Assembly (NCBI RefSeq): GCF_009834535.1
Contig: NC_045711.1
Location: 1,426,001 to 1,490,000 of the forward strand
DNA length: 64,000 bases
Reading direction: 5' to 3'
DNA from: Camelus ferus
Taxonomy: Eukaryota
The notes below the pieces were generated by a model. It was not told the origin of the DNA. It saw only the letters and a list, made by a program, of their open reading frames with translations, and searched no databases. The translations under genes were made by a program, and so were the position numbers. This document shows positions 39,705 to 51,839 of this stretch, piece by piece (within the stretch, counting starts at the first letter, position 1; every line of letters starts with the position of its first letter).

Positions 39705-40654
39705 ATGGAGCCAGAACCTGGGGCCAGTGGAACAGCTGTTACCTGAGTTTGTCCTGCTGGGCTTGGTGGAGACACCAGAGCTGAGGCCAGCTGTCTTTGT
39801 TCTCTTCCTCCTTGCCTACCTGGTCACGGTCGGGGGCAACCTCATCATCCTGGCAGCCATCTTGGTGGAAGCCCAAACTCCACAAGCCCATGTACTTCTT
39901 CCTGGGGAACCTATCAGTGCTGGACATTGGGTGCATCACCGTCACCGTTCCCTCCATGTTGGTTCGTCTCTTGTCCCACAAGCACACAGTTCCCTATGCA
40001 GCCTGCCTCACACAGCTTTTCTTCTTCCATCAGCTAGCTGGGGTGGACTGCTACCTGTTGACAGCCATGGCCTATGACCGATTCCTGGCCATCTGCCGGC
40101 CCCTCACCTATAGCACCCACATGAGCCAGACAGTCCAGAGGACATTGGTGGCTGTGTCCTGGGCTTGTGCCTTCAGCAATGCACTGACCCACACTGTAGC
40201 TATATCCACACTCAACTTCTGTGGTCCCAATGTGATCAACCACTTCTATTGTGACCTCCCACAGCTCTTCCAGCTCTCCTGCTCCAGCACCCAACTCAAT
40301 GAGCTGCTGCTCTTTGGTCTGGGTATCCTCATGGCAGGTGCACCTGTGATTCTCATTGTCACCTCCTACATCCATGTGGCAGCTGCAGTCCTGCGGATCC
40401 GCTCTGCAGAGGGCAGGAAGAAAGCCTTCTCCACGTGTGGCTCCCACCTCACCATGGTGGGCATCTTCTATGGCACAGGTGTCTTCAGCTACATGAGGCT
40501 GGGCTCAGTGGAGGCTTCAGACAAGGACAAGGGGATTGGCACCCTCAACACTGTCATCAGCCCCATGCTGAACCCAGTCATCTACAGCCTCCGGAACCCT
40601 GATGTGCAGGGCGCCCTGCAGCGAGTGCTCACAGGGAAGCGAGCCCTTGTGTGA
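39705..40654 (+). pseudogene. Mosaic OR3A olfactory receptor with two +1 frameshifts
   Basis: ATG 39705. Extra C at 39742/43 and extra A at 39869/70 relative to the paralogue at 49946. Length 950 = 948+2. N-terminal sequon lost (AAT->AGT; GASGT versus GANGT). Confidence 0.88.
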
Positions 40655-41950
40655 AGGATGGCTCAGGGGTTTGTAACCATAGCAAGTGTCCTTGTACTTC
40701 TTAGATCTTGAACAAGATGACTTTTGTTAGGAAGTGAGACTTCTTGTTCCCCAAAAAGGCTCCAGCTGATAATAGGAATGCAGGTTCTGTAGACCAGAAC
40801 CCTTGGCTAGTTGTCAATTGTCCTACCTACCTGTCCCACTCCAGATGGAGGTGGAACCCAGGAAGCTCTGTATCCTGGAAGGCTCACTGGTCCTATAGGA
40901 AGTACCCTTTTTTTCCCTACCAGGGGTCCCCAAAAATCCACCAGCAGAGATTTTATCCTGACTGGAATATGGAAAATCACAGCCTGGTGCCAAGTGTTAG
41001 CACATCCTCCCCTCAGGCTTCCTCTGACAGCAGCGTCCTCAGCCTGCTTTTACCCAAAGATCCCACACAAGAATCCAGACCTAGTACAGTATAATTTGAG
41101 ACACTGATTTCCAGTACCCTGTCTACATGACAAGATTCTAGGGTTTTTAACAGTGGAGACTTTGTATTTCCTTTGGTATTTCTTTTCATTTTTCCTAAAA
41201 TGGAAATATCCATTGGTCTAAATTTTTTCATTAGAAATTATGTTTATAAAAATGAAAACAAAACAAAATTTTACGAGTGAAGAGTTAAAGTCAAAAACAT
41301 CAGGCTCTCTGTCCTCATCCTTCATAACTCAATTTTCCGGAAGAAACTACTGTTAAGAATTTGGTGCTTACTCTTCTGTTTTTGTAGCAATATAAATACG
41401 TTTATGCATATTTCATATCAGTAGAGGCACGTACGTCATGTTTTTTGTTTACACATTACACAGTAGACTTTTTTACCTCTCCGACATGTAAAAACTTATC
41501 TTATCCATTTTAATGACTGCCTAGTGTTCATTTATGAGCTAATCATAATTTAATTAACCATATTCCATTTGATGGAGTTTAGGCTGTTTCTAGATTTATT
41601 GCAAAGATGACCAATGATGAAAAAATATTCTTTAAAGGTGTGTTTGTGTTATCCTGAAAGCATTTCCACAAGGTAAGTTCTAATTAATAAAATTCCCAAG
41701 TTAAGTAAAATAAAAATTTTGATTTTTAATATGCATTTCCCTGTTATTCTACAAAAAAGTTTGCACTATTTTATCATTCCAATCGTGAATGAAATCTCTT
41801 CATCCCCATACTTTTGTCAACCATAGTTGTTATAAATAAATTCTTCTAATTTTTCATAATATAATGGTTGAAAATTACCAATTAATATTTTAATATGCAT
41901 TTCTTTGATGTTCACATAGGTTGTATATATTTTCAAATGTTTATTATCCA

Positions 41951-43061
41951 TGATTTGGACTGAACTGTGTCCCACCAAAATTCATATGTTGAAGCTCTAA
42001 ACCCTCAATATGACCGTATCTGGAGATAGAGTCTTTAGAAAGTAAGTGAGGTTACTACAGCCACTATAGAAAACAGCATGGAAGTTCCTTAAAAAACTAA
42101 GAATAGAGTTACCATATGATCTAGCAATCCCACTCCTGGGCATATATCTGGAGAAAACTCCAATTCAAAAAGATACATGCACCCCAATGTTCATAGCAGC
42201 ATTATTTTGGCCATAGTCAAGATACAGAAGCAGCCTAAATGTCCAGCAACAGATGACTGGATAAAGAAGATGTAGTATATATGTATATACAATGGAATAC
42301 TACTCAGCCATAAAAAAATTAAAAATGCCTTTTGCAGCAACATGAATGGACCTAGAGATTATCTCACTAAGTGAAGTAAGTCAGACAGAGAAAGACAAAT
42401 CTATGATATCACTTATATGTGGAATCTAAAAAAAAGACACAAATGAACTTATTTACAAAACAGACTCACAGACATAGAAAACAAACTTATGCTTACTGAA
42501 AGGGAAAGGAGGGGAGGAATAAATTGGGAGTTTGGGATTAGCAGATACAAACTACTTTATACAGAATAGTTAAATGACAAGAACTTAACTGTATGGCACA
42601 GGAAACTATATTCAATAACTTGTGAAAACCTATAGTAAAAAAGAGCATATATATATATATGTAACTGAATCACTATGCTGTACACTAGAAACTAACACAA
42701 CATTGTAAATCAGTTATACTTCAATTAAATAAAAGAAAGTAATTAAGGTTAGATGAGATTAATTGGGAAGTACTAATGGGTTATTTTAAGAAGTAATTAA
42801 GGTTAAATTGGGGGGGGGCCTTAATTCAATAGGCCTGTAGGCTTATTAGAGAGAAAGAGGCAGAGAGAACACTTTGCCATATGAGGACACACTGGGAAGG
42901 TGGCCCCCAGCAAGCCAGGAGGAGAGCCCTCACCAGAACCTGACTGACACTGGTGCCCTGGTCTCAGACAGCAGCCTCCAGAACTGTGAGGAAATAATTT
43001 TCTGCTGTTTAATCAGCCAGTTTATGATGTTTTGTTTTAGAGGCCTGAGCTAACTAATACA
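41951..43061 (+). mobile_element. MLT1-type MaLR solo LTR interrupted by an L1
   Basis: tgatttggactgaactgtgtcccaccaaaattcatatgttgaag...ctaactaataca. Perfect 5-bp TSD ATCCA at 41946-41950 and 43062-43066. Confidence 0.88.
42055..42733 (+). mobile_element. 5'-truncated cetartiodactyl-type L1 inserted into MLT1
   Basis: gagttaccatatgatctagcaatcccactcctggg...ttgtaaatcagttatacttcaattaaataaaa. 18-bp TSD with 2 mismatches (42037-42054 / 42734-42751). Confidence 0.9.
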
Positions 43062-43087
43062 ATCCACTGGTATTTCCCCACTGAGAA

Positions 43088-44250
43088 TTTAATTTTTTTT
43101 AATATTTATTGATGAATAACTGACAAATACAATCACACATATTTAAAGTGTTATATACAGTATATACATACATATACATGTATGTATATAAATATGTATG
43201 TGTGTGTGTGTGTATATAAAATGATTACCAGGATCAAGATAATTAACACAACCATCACTCACATAAGTAACTCTTTTTTCTGATGAGAATGCTTAAGATC
43301 TACTCTTAGCAAATTTCAAGTATATTATACTCTATTATTAACTATAATCACCAGGCTGTATATTAGACCCTCAGAACTTCTTCATCTAATAACTAAAAGT
43401 TGGCACCCTTTGATCCACATCTCCCCACTTCCCTCTCCCCCTAGTTCCACATACAAGTGATACAATATAGAATTTGTCTTTCTCTGACTGGCTGATATCA
43501 CTGAGTATAAAGCCACCAAATTTCATCCATGGTGTCAAAAGTGACAAGAGTTCCTTCNNNNNNNNNNNNNNNNNNNNNNNNNNNNNNNNNNNNNNNNNNN
43601 NNNNNNNNNNNNNNNNNNNNNNNNNNNNNNNNNNNNNNNNNNNNNNNNNNNNNNNNNNNNNNNNNNNNNNNNNNNNNNNNNNNNNNNNNNNNNNNNNNNN
43701 NNNNNNNTGGTAAGCATGGGAGTACAGATACCTTTTTGAGATGGNNNNNNNNNNNNNNNNNNNNNNNNNNNNNNNNNNNNNNNNNNNNNNNNNNNNNNNN
43801 NNNNNNNNNNNNNNNNNNNNNNNNNNNNNNNNNNNNNNNNNNNNNNNNNNNNNNNNNNNNNNNNNNNNNNNNNNNNNNNNNNNNNNNNNNNNNGTTCTCC
43901 ACAACCTTGCCCACACTTGTTACTTGCTGTCATTTTGATAATAGCCATTCTGAACAAGTGTGAGGTGACATCTCATTGTGGTTTTGATTTGCATTTTCCT
44001 GATGATTAATGATGTTGAGCATCTTTTCATGTACCTCTTGGCCACTTGGCTATCTTTGGGGAAATGTTTATTCAGGTCCTTTGCTCATTTTTAAAATTGG
44101 ATTTTTTGCTTTTTTTGGTAATGTGTTGTATGAGTTTGCTGTATAATTTGAATATTAACCCCTTTATCAGATACATGGTTTGCGAATATTTTCTCCCCTT
44201 CTGTATGTTGCCTCTGCAATTAATTGATTTCTTCCTCTGCTGTGCAGAAG
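43088..44250 (-). mobile_element. L1 3' end (L1MA/MB-like) with N gaps 43558-43707 and 43745-43893
   Basis: gatctactcttagcaaatttcaagtata...catctcattgtggttttgatttgcattt...tgctgtgcagaagc. Confidence 0.85.
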
Positions 44251-45215
44251 CACATTAGTTGAGGTCGCTCCCACTGCTGAAGTCAACATTGGCAAAGACT
44301 GTGGGGGCCTTGTGGGTGGCAGTAGCAGAGCTAGGGGTCCCTGGTGCAAAGGCTGCAGGCATCTCCTGTTCTCCTAGTTTGCCTGTGGGGGGAAGATATA
44401 GCTGAGGGGATCCCTCTTAGCACCAGGTCTGATGAGATGGCACTCAGAGTGGCAGCGGAGACGGGGTCCTGGGATCAGGTGCACTGGCTGCGGTGGTGAC
44501 ACCAGTGTCTGAGCCACAGGTATGTGCAGATCTCCTGCAGAACTGGGGTCTGGGTTTCTGAGGCTCACTGCAGTGACTCGGACTCTGAGAGGGACAGGAA
44601 AGAGCAGTGAAACCAGCTCAGGGATGAGAGGGTGCAGCAGTGGCTTGGGCTCAGGTGTCAGGGTGTAGCAACAGCATACCCTGGAGATGGCAGGTCAAAG
44701 TCCTGACTCTGGCCCCGGGGGGCAGGGAGCAGAGCAGCAGCAGTGCAGCCTGGTGATGGTGGGTATGTGGCAAGACTTCGGAGTCAGGGGCAGGGCAGCA
44801 CTCCCTGGTAACCGCGGGTGAAAGCTTCTACTTAGGATCCCAGGATGCAGCCACAGAGCAGTGCAGCTTGGCCTGGTGATAGGGGTGGTCAGAGCTGTGA
44901 CTTGGGACCCATAGGCGGGGTGCAGAGCTGTCGCAGCTCCCATTCTGTTGATGGGGAGGTGTGGGGGCGTTCTCAGAGAGCAGCGCACAGTAGTGACTGG
45001 GACCCCTGGAGGCCAGTCTCTCTACAGTAACAGCTCCAGCTCCAAGGAGGAGACTCAGTGGCAGGGACTTTGGGTGACTTGCAGCAGCTGTGTTCACCTT
45101 TGGTGAAGACTGTGGGGTCCTTGGTAGCAAAGTCGCAGATGTCCACAGTGTGATGAGGTTGCTGGCGTTCTCATGCTCTCCTTTTCCCGTGGCGTAAAAT
45201 CCCTCCAAGGACATC
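44251..45215 (-). mobile_element. GC-rich L1 5'UTR-like segment
   Basis: GC-rich degenerate sequence resembling old L1M 5' regions. Family identification uncertain. Confidence 0.45.
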
Positions 45216-45221
45216 CCTCTT

Positions 45222-45514
45222 GGTGACCGTTTTGGAGGCTAGGAAGTTGAAGACCGAAGCTCCAGCAGGTTCAGTGTCTAGTGAGGACCTCTTCCTGGTT
45301 CATTTCATAGATGCCCATCTTCTTGCTGTGGCCTTACATAGCAGAAGGGGTGAGGGAGCTCTCTGGGGTCTCTTTTATAAGGGCACTAATTCCTTCACAG
45401 GGGGTCCACCCTCATGACCTAATCACCTACCAAGGGCTCCACCTCGATACCACCTCACTGGGGAGTAGGATTTCAACATATGAATTTGGGAGGGGGGCAC
45501 ATTCAGTCCATAAA
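45222..45514 (-). mobile_element. MaLR LTR (MLT1A/MST-like), partial
   Basis: ggaggctaggaagttgaagaccgaag...ccctcatgacctaatcacctacc...acattcagtccata. Confidence 0.8.
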
Positions 45515-45994
45515 GGTGGTGCTACCTGTCCCACAGAACTTTAAACTGGTTTCAAGGCTTAAAGATCTTTGACTACCAAGATAATGTGCACTTAGGCTGA
45601 AAATCCACATGAAGACTGGTTCAGTATTTATCTCTCTACTCTTAACATTCATATAATACTGGAGTGGTAGTTTCTCTCCTTTATACGAGAATTATTTAGG
45701 GACTATATTTAATTCCCTTGTGGATTTTAGTAATGTTTAAGCTTCTGTTATCATTCATAATTTTTATGTATAGTATTTTATAAAAGTCTTATGTTTAGAA
45801 AAATGTTACTGAAAGATGAAAAGCCTTAACATTCACATATTACATCCTTAAGCCAACAGTGCAAACCTAATGCATAGTCCTATGGTATATTTGAAGCATT
45901 ATTTATCATAAACAACAGAAGCTAAAAGTATATTGTTTGGGGGAAAGACACTAACTGGGAGGGGGTGGGGGAAGTAAATCACGTAGCATAATTT

Positions 45995-46370
45995 TGGAGA
46001 TCACGTACCCTGGAATCAGGCAAATGCAAAATTGAACCCCAACTCCTCAAAGCCCTAACAATGTGGCTATGGCAAATTACTGAATCACTCTGAACCTCAA
46101 TTTACTTATCTGCAAAATGGGAATAATAAAGGTATCCACCATGGTTGTAAGGGTTGATTGGGATTTTGTGTATATAAGGCTTATGACATAGTGTCATGTA
46201 CATAACAAGCACACAATAAATGTCATTATATTACTAATAATATTGGCGGTCTCCTACTAGGATCTTTATGTGTGTTACTTCATTTAATCCTCCCAGGAAC
46301 CCTAAGACAGGATATTACTCTCATTTTACAGATAAGGAAACGGGGTCGGGGGTTCAGTAGTTGTTAATAA
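45995..46370. mobile_element. Two MIR SINEs
   Basis: ctctgaacctcaatttacttatctgcaaaatggg (+) and catttaatcctccc...cattttacagataaggaaac (-). Confidence 0.75.
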
Positions 46371-47124
46371 CTGCGCGAGCAGGGCTGTTCATCTACAAGG
46401 TCCAGCAGAAGTGTGCTGTCACATGGGCTTGGGTGTGTAACTGAACTGAGGAGGACATAAGAATCCAAGGGTGGTACGACCTAGCCTCTCCAGTTTTCTT
46501 TCTCCATCATCTCTATCACTAGACTTCCATCTTCTAAGGGCCCGGCCCAGAAAAATCATGGTTGGGGGCAAGTTCCCAGGGGCCCCCCGGTTCCTCCCAG
46601 CACAGCGCCGGCCTCCTATCACCTCTCTCAGGATTACAGGACTCTCAGGACTCAGTCTCTGGGGCCCCCACTAACAAGCCCCCGGGTGGGAACGCATTCT
46701 GTTCCTGAGGATTCCTTGTAAATTTAAAGTTGGAAAAGTTTTCTTCAGTGTTTGTCTCCTTTCTTGGGTTTCTTTCTCATCCCCAGGTTTGGAAGGCTGC
46801 TTGTCTGTGCCCCCAGGTCCTGTTTGGACCAGACATCTTGGAGAGCGAAGCCCTCAGTCTGGGGACCCAGACTGAACCCCGGCTCCACCTCCAGTCTCCT
46901 AATTAACTGGGAACACAAACAGCTCCCTCATGTCCGCATCTGTTAAAAGGATTTATTATGATCGCTGCCCTAACCATCCCCATAAATTAATATAGAGGAT
47001 GGTGATGAAGATGTTTGTAAAAATTCTAAATCCCCACAGAGGTGGGAGGCCCCACTGCTTTCCCTTTATTAGGGCTTCTATTATTTACCTGCCCTTAGCC
47101 CTTCCCATTGCCTCCTCCCCCTTC

Positions 47125-47450
47125 TTGGGCTAATTTCAAGGTCTCAAGAGGATAACACTGTGGTGGAGAAGTCCCATGACAGCGACGGTCTCGGCCTCTC
47201 TTTATCTCATTTCTGTATATAAAGCCCCGCACTTGCCCCCGGAGTGGCTGACTGCATTTGTGCAGAGTCTCACCCCCCTTTTACAGCCCTTTCCAGGAAA
47301 TCACGCTGGATGGCCCTCCCTCCACTTCCGTGTCACCAGGAAGGAACTTCAGTTGTTACTAAGTCAAGCCTCCTGGCTTTACAGATTCAGTGGCCAAGGT
47401 ATCAAAAGTGAAAAATAAGAGATTTACTCAGGATGACGTATCAGGTGAGT
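47125..47450 (+). promoter_or_regulatory. Candidate promoter and first non-coding exon of OR3A1-like
   Basis: GCTAATTTCAAGGTCTCAAGAGG (47129-47151), TATATAAA 47216-47223, donor CAG|GTGAGT at 47444/47445, acceptor tccttgcag at 49939. Confidence 0.6.
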
Positions 47451-48169
47451 GGGAGAGCTGGGACCACAACCCAAAGACTGAGGTTTCGCTTTCAGGCATC
47501 TTTACCAATTCCCTCTTTTTTTAGGTGAAACTCATTTTCTGACTTTGTTAAGGGTGAGTGGGAGGAGATTCAGGGTTTAATTTCTCTGCCAAAGAACCCA
47601 GTCCTTACTGGACAGCCTGACCAGATCTCTAAGACCAACCCTAGTGCATGAAGAACCTACTGGAACTTCAGAGTAGGGAGTGGTCACGGCATAATAAAGG
47701 GAACCTAGAACTCATACGGTCCCCCAAGAATGGTGATCTAGGAGTGCCTCCTTGTCAGTGATTACTCTTGTGATCCCTGGATGGATAGTCTAGTGAACAA
47801 CCAGGATTTAGGAGACTCTTATGTAACCTTGTCCCTTGTTGATTGAGGGCTGCACAGAAGCTACTAGGGGAGCATGTCGTTGTGGCTCATGACTTATTTG
47901 TTTTTGATGAATCTATCTTCCGGATGTAGAAAATATGTGGGAATTTTATATAAAGAGCTGTATGTCAGTGTGTGGATTGCCAAAACTACTGCATACCCTT
48001 CTAGGCAAATCGAGGACTCACCCCTACAGCAGTAACCTTCACTTGACTCTCAGCCTCCTCCAAATCTTACCCATCCCTCAAAGCCTAGCACAAATTCCCC
48101 CTTGTCCATTAACTAACCCCTTCCTCACCACTCTAGCCCGCAGTGATGCCCTTTTTGTCGGAAAACATC

Positions 48170-48760
48170 TTTGTCAACCATTCAGTCATCCATTTATTTA
48201 TGAAATGATGCATAATTAATTTTATGCATATAGTTCCTAAAGTTGAATCAGCCATGAGTCTCATCCTTAAATTGGACTGGAGGAAATACACTAAATCACT
48301 AAGTGATTGTGCTAGAAGGCACAGCGGTAAGTGCCATGAAGAATACAATTAGAGTGCACTGGGAATGTTGAAAATGTAAATATCACCTTAAAATGGGCAC
48401 AGATCAGGGAGGAATTCCTGGAGGAGACAGCATTTGAGCTGAGTCTTAAAGACTTTGACACCGTGGCATTGGAAGGACATTCAATATAGAGAAAACAGCA
48501 TAAGCAAAGGTGGGAATACAGAAGTTAACGGAGTTTGCAATCTGATGACATGGGTTAAAATGGAAAAGAGAAATCAGGGGGCAGCTGAAGACTGTAGCCG
48601 TGATCCACCCAAGGTATGCATTTGGACCGGAGCTACCGCAGTCTGCAAGGCAAGACTGAGTTCTACAAAGGCACAGCCATCGCGAGGAAGGGAGTGAGTG
48701 TCGAATGGGTCAGAAATAGATTGAGAGAGAACTGCAGGAGAAGGACATGGTTCTATGACC
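48170..48760 (-). mobile_element. L2 LINE fragment
   Basis: cattcagtcatccatttattt...ggagacagcatttgagctgagtcttaaag. Confidence 0.65.
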
Positions 48761-49945
48761 CTTGAGGTGCCTTGATGGTGTGTGAAAGTTTAAGAGCAGG
48801 GCTCTGGAATCAGAATACTTGGGTTAAAACCTTGCCTTCGTCCGCTCACTATGTGGTATGCACATTCTACCAGTTGTATCTGACATTTAATAATATGGTT
48901 TTGATATCTTTCAAATCAGCACAGAGCTCTTTCCTACAGCTGCATTATATTCCTTTGGAAGGATATTCCATAATTAATTTAGTCAGCCCTCTAATAATGA
49001 ACAGATAAGTTATTTTCGATTATTTGCTATTATAAACAAATGCTGCAACAAATAAGCTCACATATACATCACTATTTATGTGTGACTATATATCTGGTAG
49101 ATAAATTCCCAGAAGTGGAATTACCAGGTAAAAGGAAAAACACATTTGTAATTTTGAAAGATTGCCCATTTCCCTTTTCAACCCTACCTTACAACTACCA
49201 TGCAAACTCCCCCCGCGGTCAACTCTAAGCTGGAAGCATATAGAGAATGGGGCTTTGGGGATGTAGTTCCACTTAGCTAATTTGGCAGAACTTTTAAATT
49301 TTAACAGATTTGTTAATTTTGTTTATTTAAAATTTTTCTATATTTTGAGTCATCCTTGCACTTTTAATTATTAAAAGTCTCCAATTTTCCTCCAATAACT
49401 TTCTGGCTTAATATTTACATTTAAATCTTTGATCTATTTAGAACTGATTTTTTTTCAAAATATATGAGATATGTCTACAATTTATGTTTTTCCCAGACAG
49501 CTGTTATTGCCCCAATAGAATTTATTGAATAATATATTTCCCCATTCCTTTAAGATGACACTTATATCATATACTAAATTCCTATATTACTTTAGGTCTA
49601 TTCCTGGACTTCTCATTTTTTTTAATCTTATAAAATGTTATTTCTCTAGCTTAATAGAGGTATAACTGACAAATAAAAGTATAATATATTTAAAGTAAAA
49701 TGTGATGACGTATGTTCACATTGTGAAAGGATTCCCCTTATCCGAGAATGAAGTAATGCTGTTGAGGAAAATGTAGTGAGAGAGTGAACAAGGGTGTGTG
49801 CCTGGGGCATGGGAAAGCCCTCACTTGGAGAGGGAGAACTTAGTAGACAGCTCAGCATGTCGAAGGAAGTCTGTTTCTTCTTTTTGAATAAATATATTGA
49901 GAGGAATGATTCCTCATCTCTTTGGATATTTCCTTGCAGAAACTA

Positions 49946-50893
49946 ATGCAGCCAGAACCTGGGGCCAATGGAACAGCTGTTACTGAGTTCATCCTGCTGG
50001 GCTTGGTGGAGACACCAGAGCTGAGGCCAGCTGTCTTTGTTCTCTTCCTCCTTGCCTACCTGGTCACAGTTGGGGGCAACTTCAGCATCCTGGCAGCCAT
50101 CTTGGTGGAGCCCAAACTCCACAAGCCCATGTACTTCTTCCTGGGGAACCTATCAGTGCTGGACGTTGGGTGCATCACCGTCACTGTTCCCTCCATGTTG
50201 GCTCATCTCTTGTCCCACAAACACACAGTTCCCTATGCAGCCTGCCTCACACAGCTTTTCTTCTTCCATCAGCTGGCTGGGGTGGACTGCTTCCTGTTGA
50301 CAGCCATGGCCTATGACCGATTCCTGGCCATCTGCCGGCCCCTCACCTATAGCACCCGCATGAGCCAGACAGTCCAGAGGACATTGGTGGCTGTGTCCTG
50401 GGCTTGTGCCTTCAGCAATGCACTGACCCACACTGTAGCTATATCCACACTCAACTTCTGTGGTCCCAATGTGATCAACCACTTCTATTGTGACCTCCCA
50501 CAGCTCTTCCAGCTCTCCTGCTCCAGCACCCAACTCAATGAGCTGCTGCTCTTTGGTGTGGGTTTCATAATGGCAGGTACCCCCATGGCTCTCGTTGTCA
50601 CCTCCTACGCCCACGTGGCAGCTGCAGTTCTCCGAATTCGCTCATCGGAGGGCAGGAAGAAGGCCTTCTCCACATGTGGCTCCCATCTCACTGTGGTCTG
50701 CCTCTTCTACGGGACTGGTATCTTCAACTACATGCGACTGGGTTCAGCCAAGCTTTCAGATAAGGATAAAGCTGCTGAAATTTTTAACACTGTCATCAAC
50801 CCCATGCTGAATCCAATCATCTACAGCCTCCGGAACCCTGATGTCCAGGGAGCCCTCCGGTGGGTGCTCCTGGGGAGGCGATCACTGGCTTGA
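49946..50893 (+). CDS. OR3A1: Olfactory receptor OR3A1-like, intact 315 aa
   Basis: ATG 49946 ([15 protein letters not shown]), 6 nt after a splice acceptor. GTPMAL and KLSDKDKA are recalled as OR3A1-type. All OR motifs are present. The upstream TTG start at 49922 in the ORF track is intronic. Confidence 0.93.
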   Translation: MQPEPGANGTAVTEFILLGLVETPELRPAVFVLFLLAYLVTVGGNFSILAAILVEPKLHKPMYFFLGNLSVLDVGCITVTVPSMLAHLLSHKHTVPYAACLTQLFFFHQLAGVDCFLLTAMAYDRFLAICRPLTYSTRMSQTVQRTLVAVSWACAFSNALTHTVAISTLNFCGPNVINHFYCDLPQLFQLSCSSTQLNELLLFGVGFIMAGTPMALVVTSYAHVAAAVLRIRSSEGRKKAFSTCGSHLTVVCLFYGTGIFNYMRLGSAKLSDKDKAAEIFNTVINPMLNPIIYSLRNPDVQGALRWVLLGRRSLA

Positions 50894-51839
50894 TGACAAC
50901 TTGTGTTACTTTTTCCCTTTCTCTTTTTGGACTAAAGGAGAAATTCTCTGGGGCCAAAAACTAAGACAAATGGTCCAGAACCACTTCTACTTCCCTGAGC
51001 ACTGGATTTTTTTTGTAGAAGATAATCGTTATTGTTTCTCAAAGAAGTCCTGCCCAGTTATAGGCAATGGGTCTGTAGGCTCTGCTAGGTCAGCCCCCTT
51101 GACAAATTACAACATCAGTCACTGCAAGCTTCACGTCTGGGTAGAAGTGAAACCTGGAGGCTTTGAATGCTCACAGGTGCACGTCCTACAGGGAATGACT
51201 CTTGGTTGTTTATAGCCTGGGTTCCCCCAAATATACAAGCAACCCCCTCAGGTGGGCTTCTGATTCCTTCAAGTTCAGGCGTGGTTGGTCTGTTTATAAA
51301 ACATAGGTCCTGCGATCAGGGTTATTTTATTTCTCCCATGAGGCTTCTCCAAGCCCAAAAGAGCAACTCACTCCTCTCTTATCACACAAGATGCCACAGA
51401 ATATAGAGAGGACAGCTGGGAGGCTGAATGGTCACGTGTTCTCTAGCAAATCTGGAGAGCATGAGCCCTCTGTGCAAAACTTTAAGACTCCATTAATGTA
51501 TATGATAAATCTTATAACACAAAACTGAAATTTCCTCATCATCAAATATTTTAAAAGATAAGCACTTATAACCTAAATATTATTTTAAACATTAAAAAAA
51601 TCCAGAATACTCAATATGAAATTCCCCTATAAATTCTCACTCTCAGTCCCCAAACCTGCTAGCTGAGACAAACCATTATCTGTAAATACAAGTCATATGG
51701 TGATATGAGCTTACCAGCCCTTAGACCAGTCATTATTTAGCTGCATTTTCCTTCTCATTCTTTAACAGGAACAATGGGTAATAGCTGGTGTTTAGTTTTC
51801 CAGACAAACGGACACACACATATACACAAACACATATAT

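Noticed and set aside
49922-49945. N-terminal extension MDISLQKL of OR3A1-like
   Set aside because: The start is TTG and the segment spans the polypyrimidine/AG splice acceptor, so the true start is ATG 49946.
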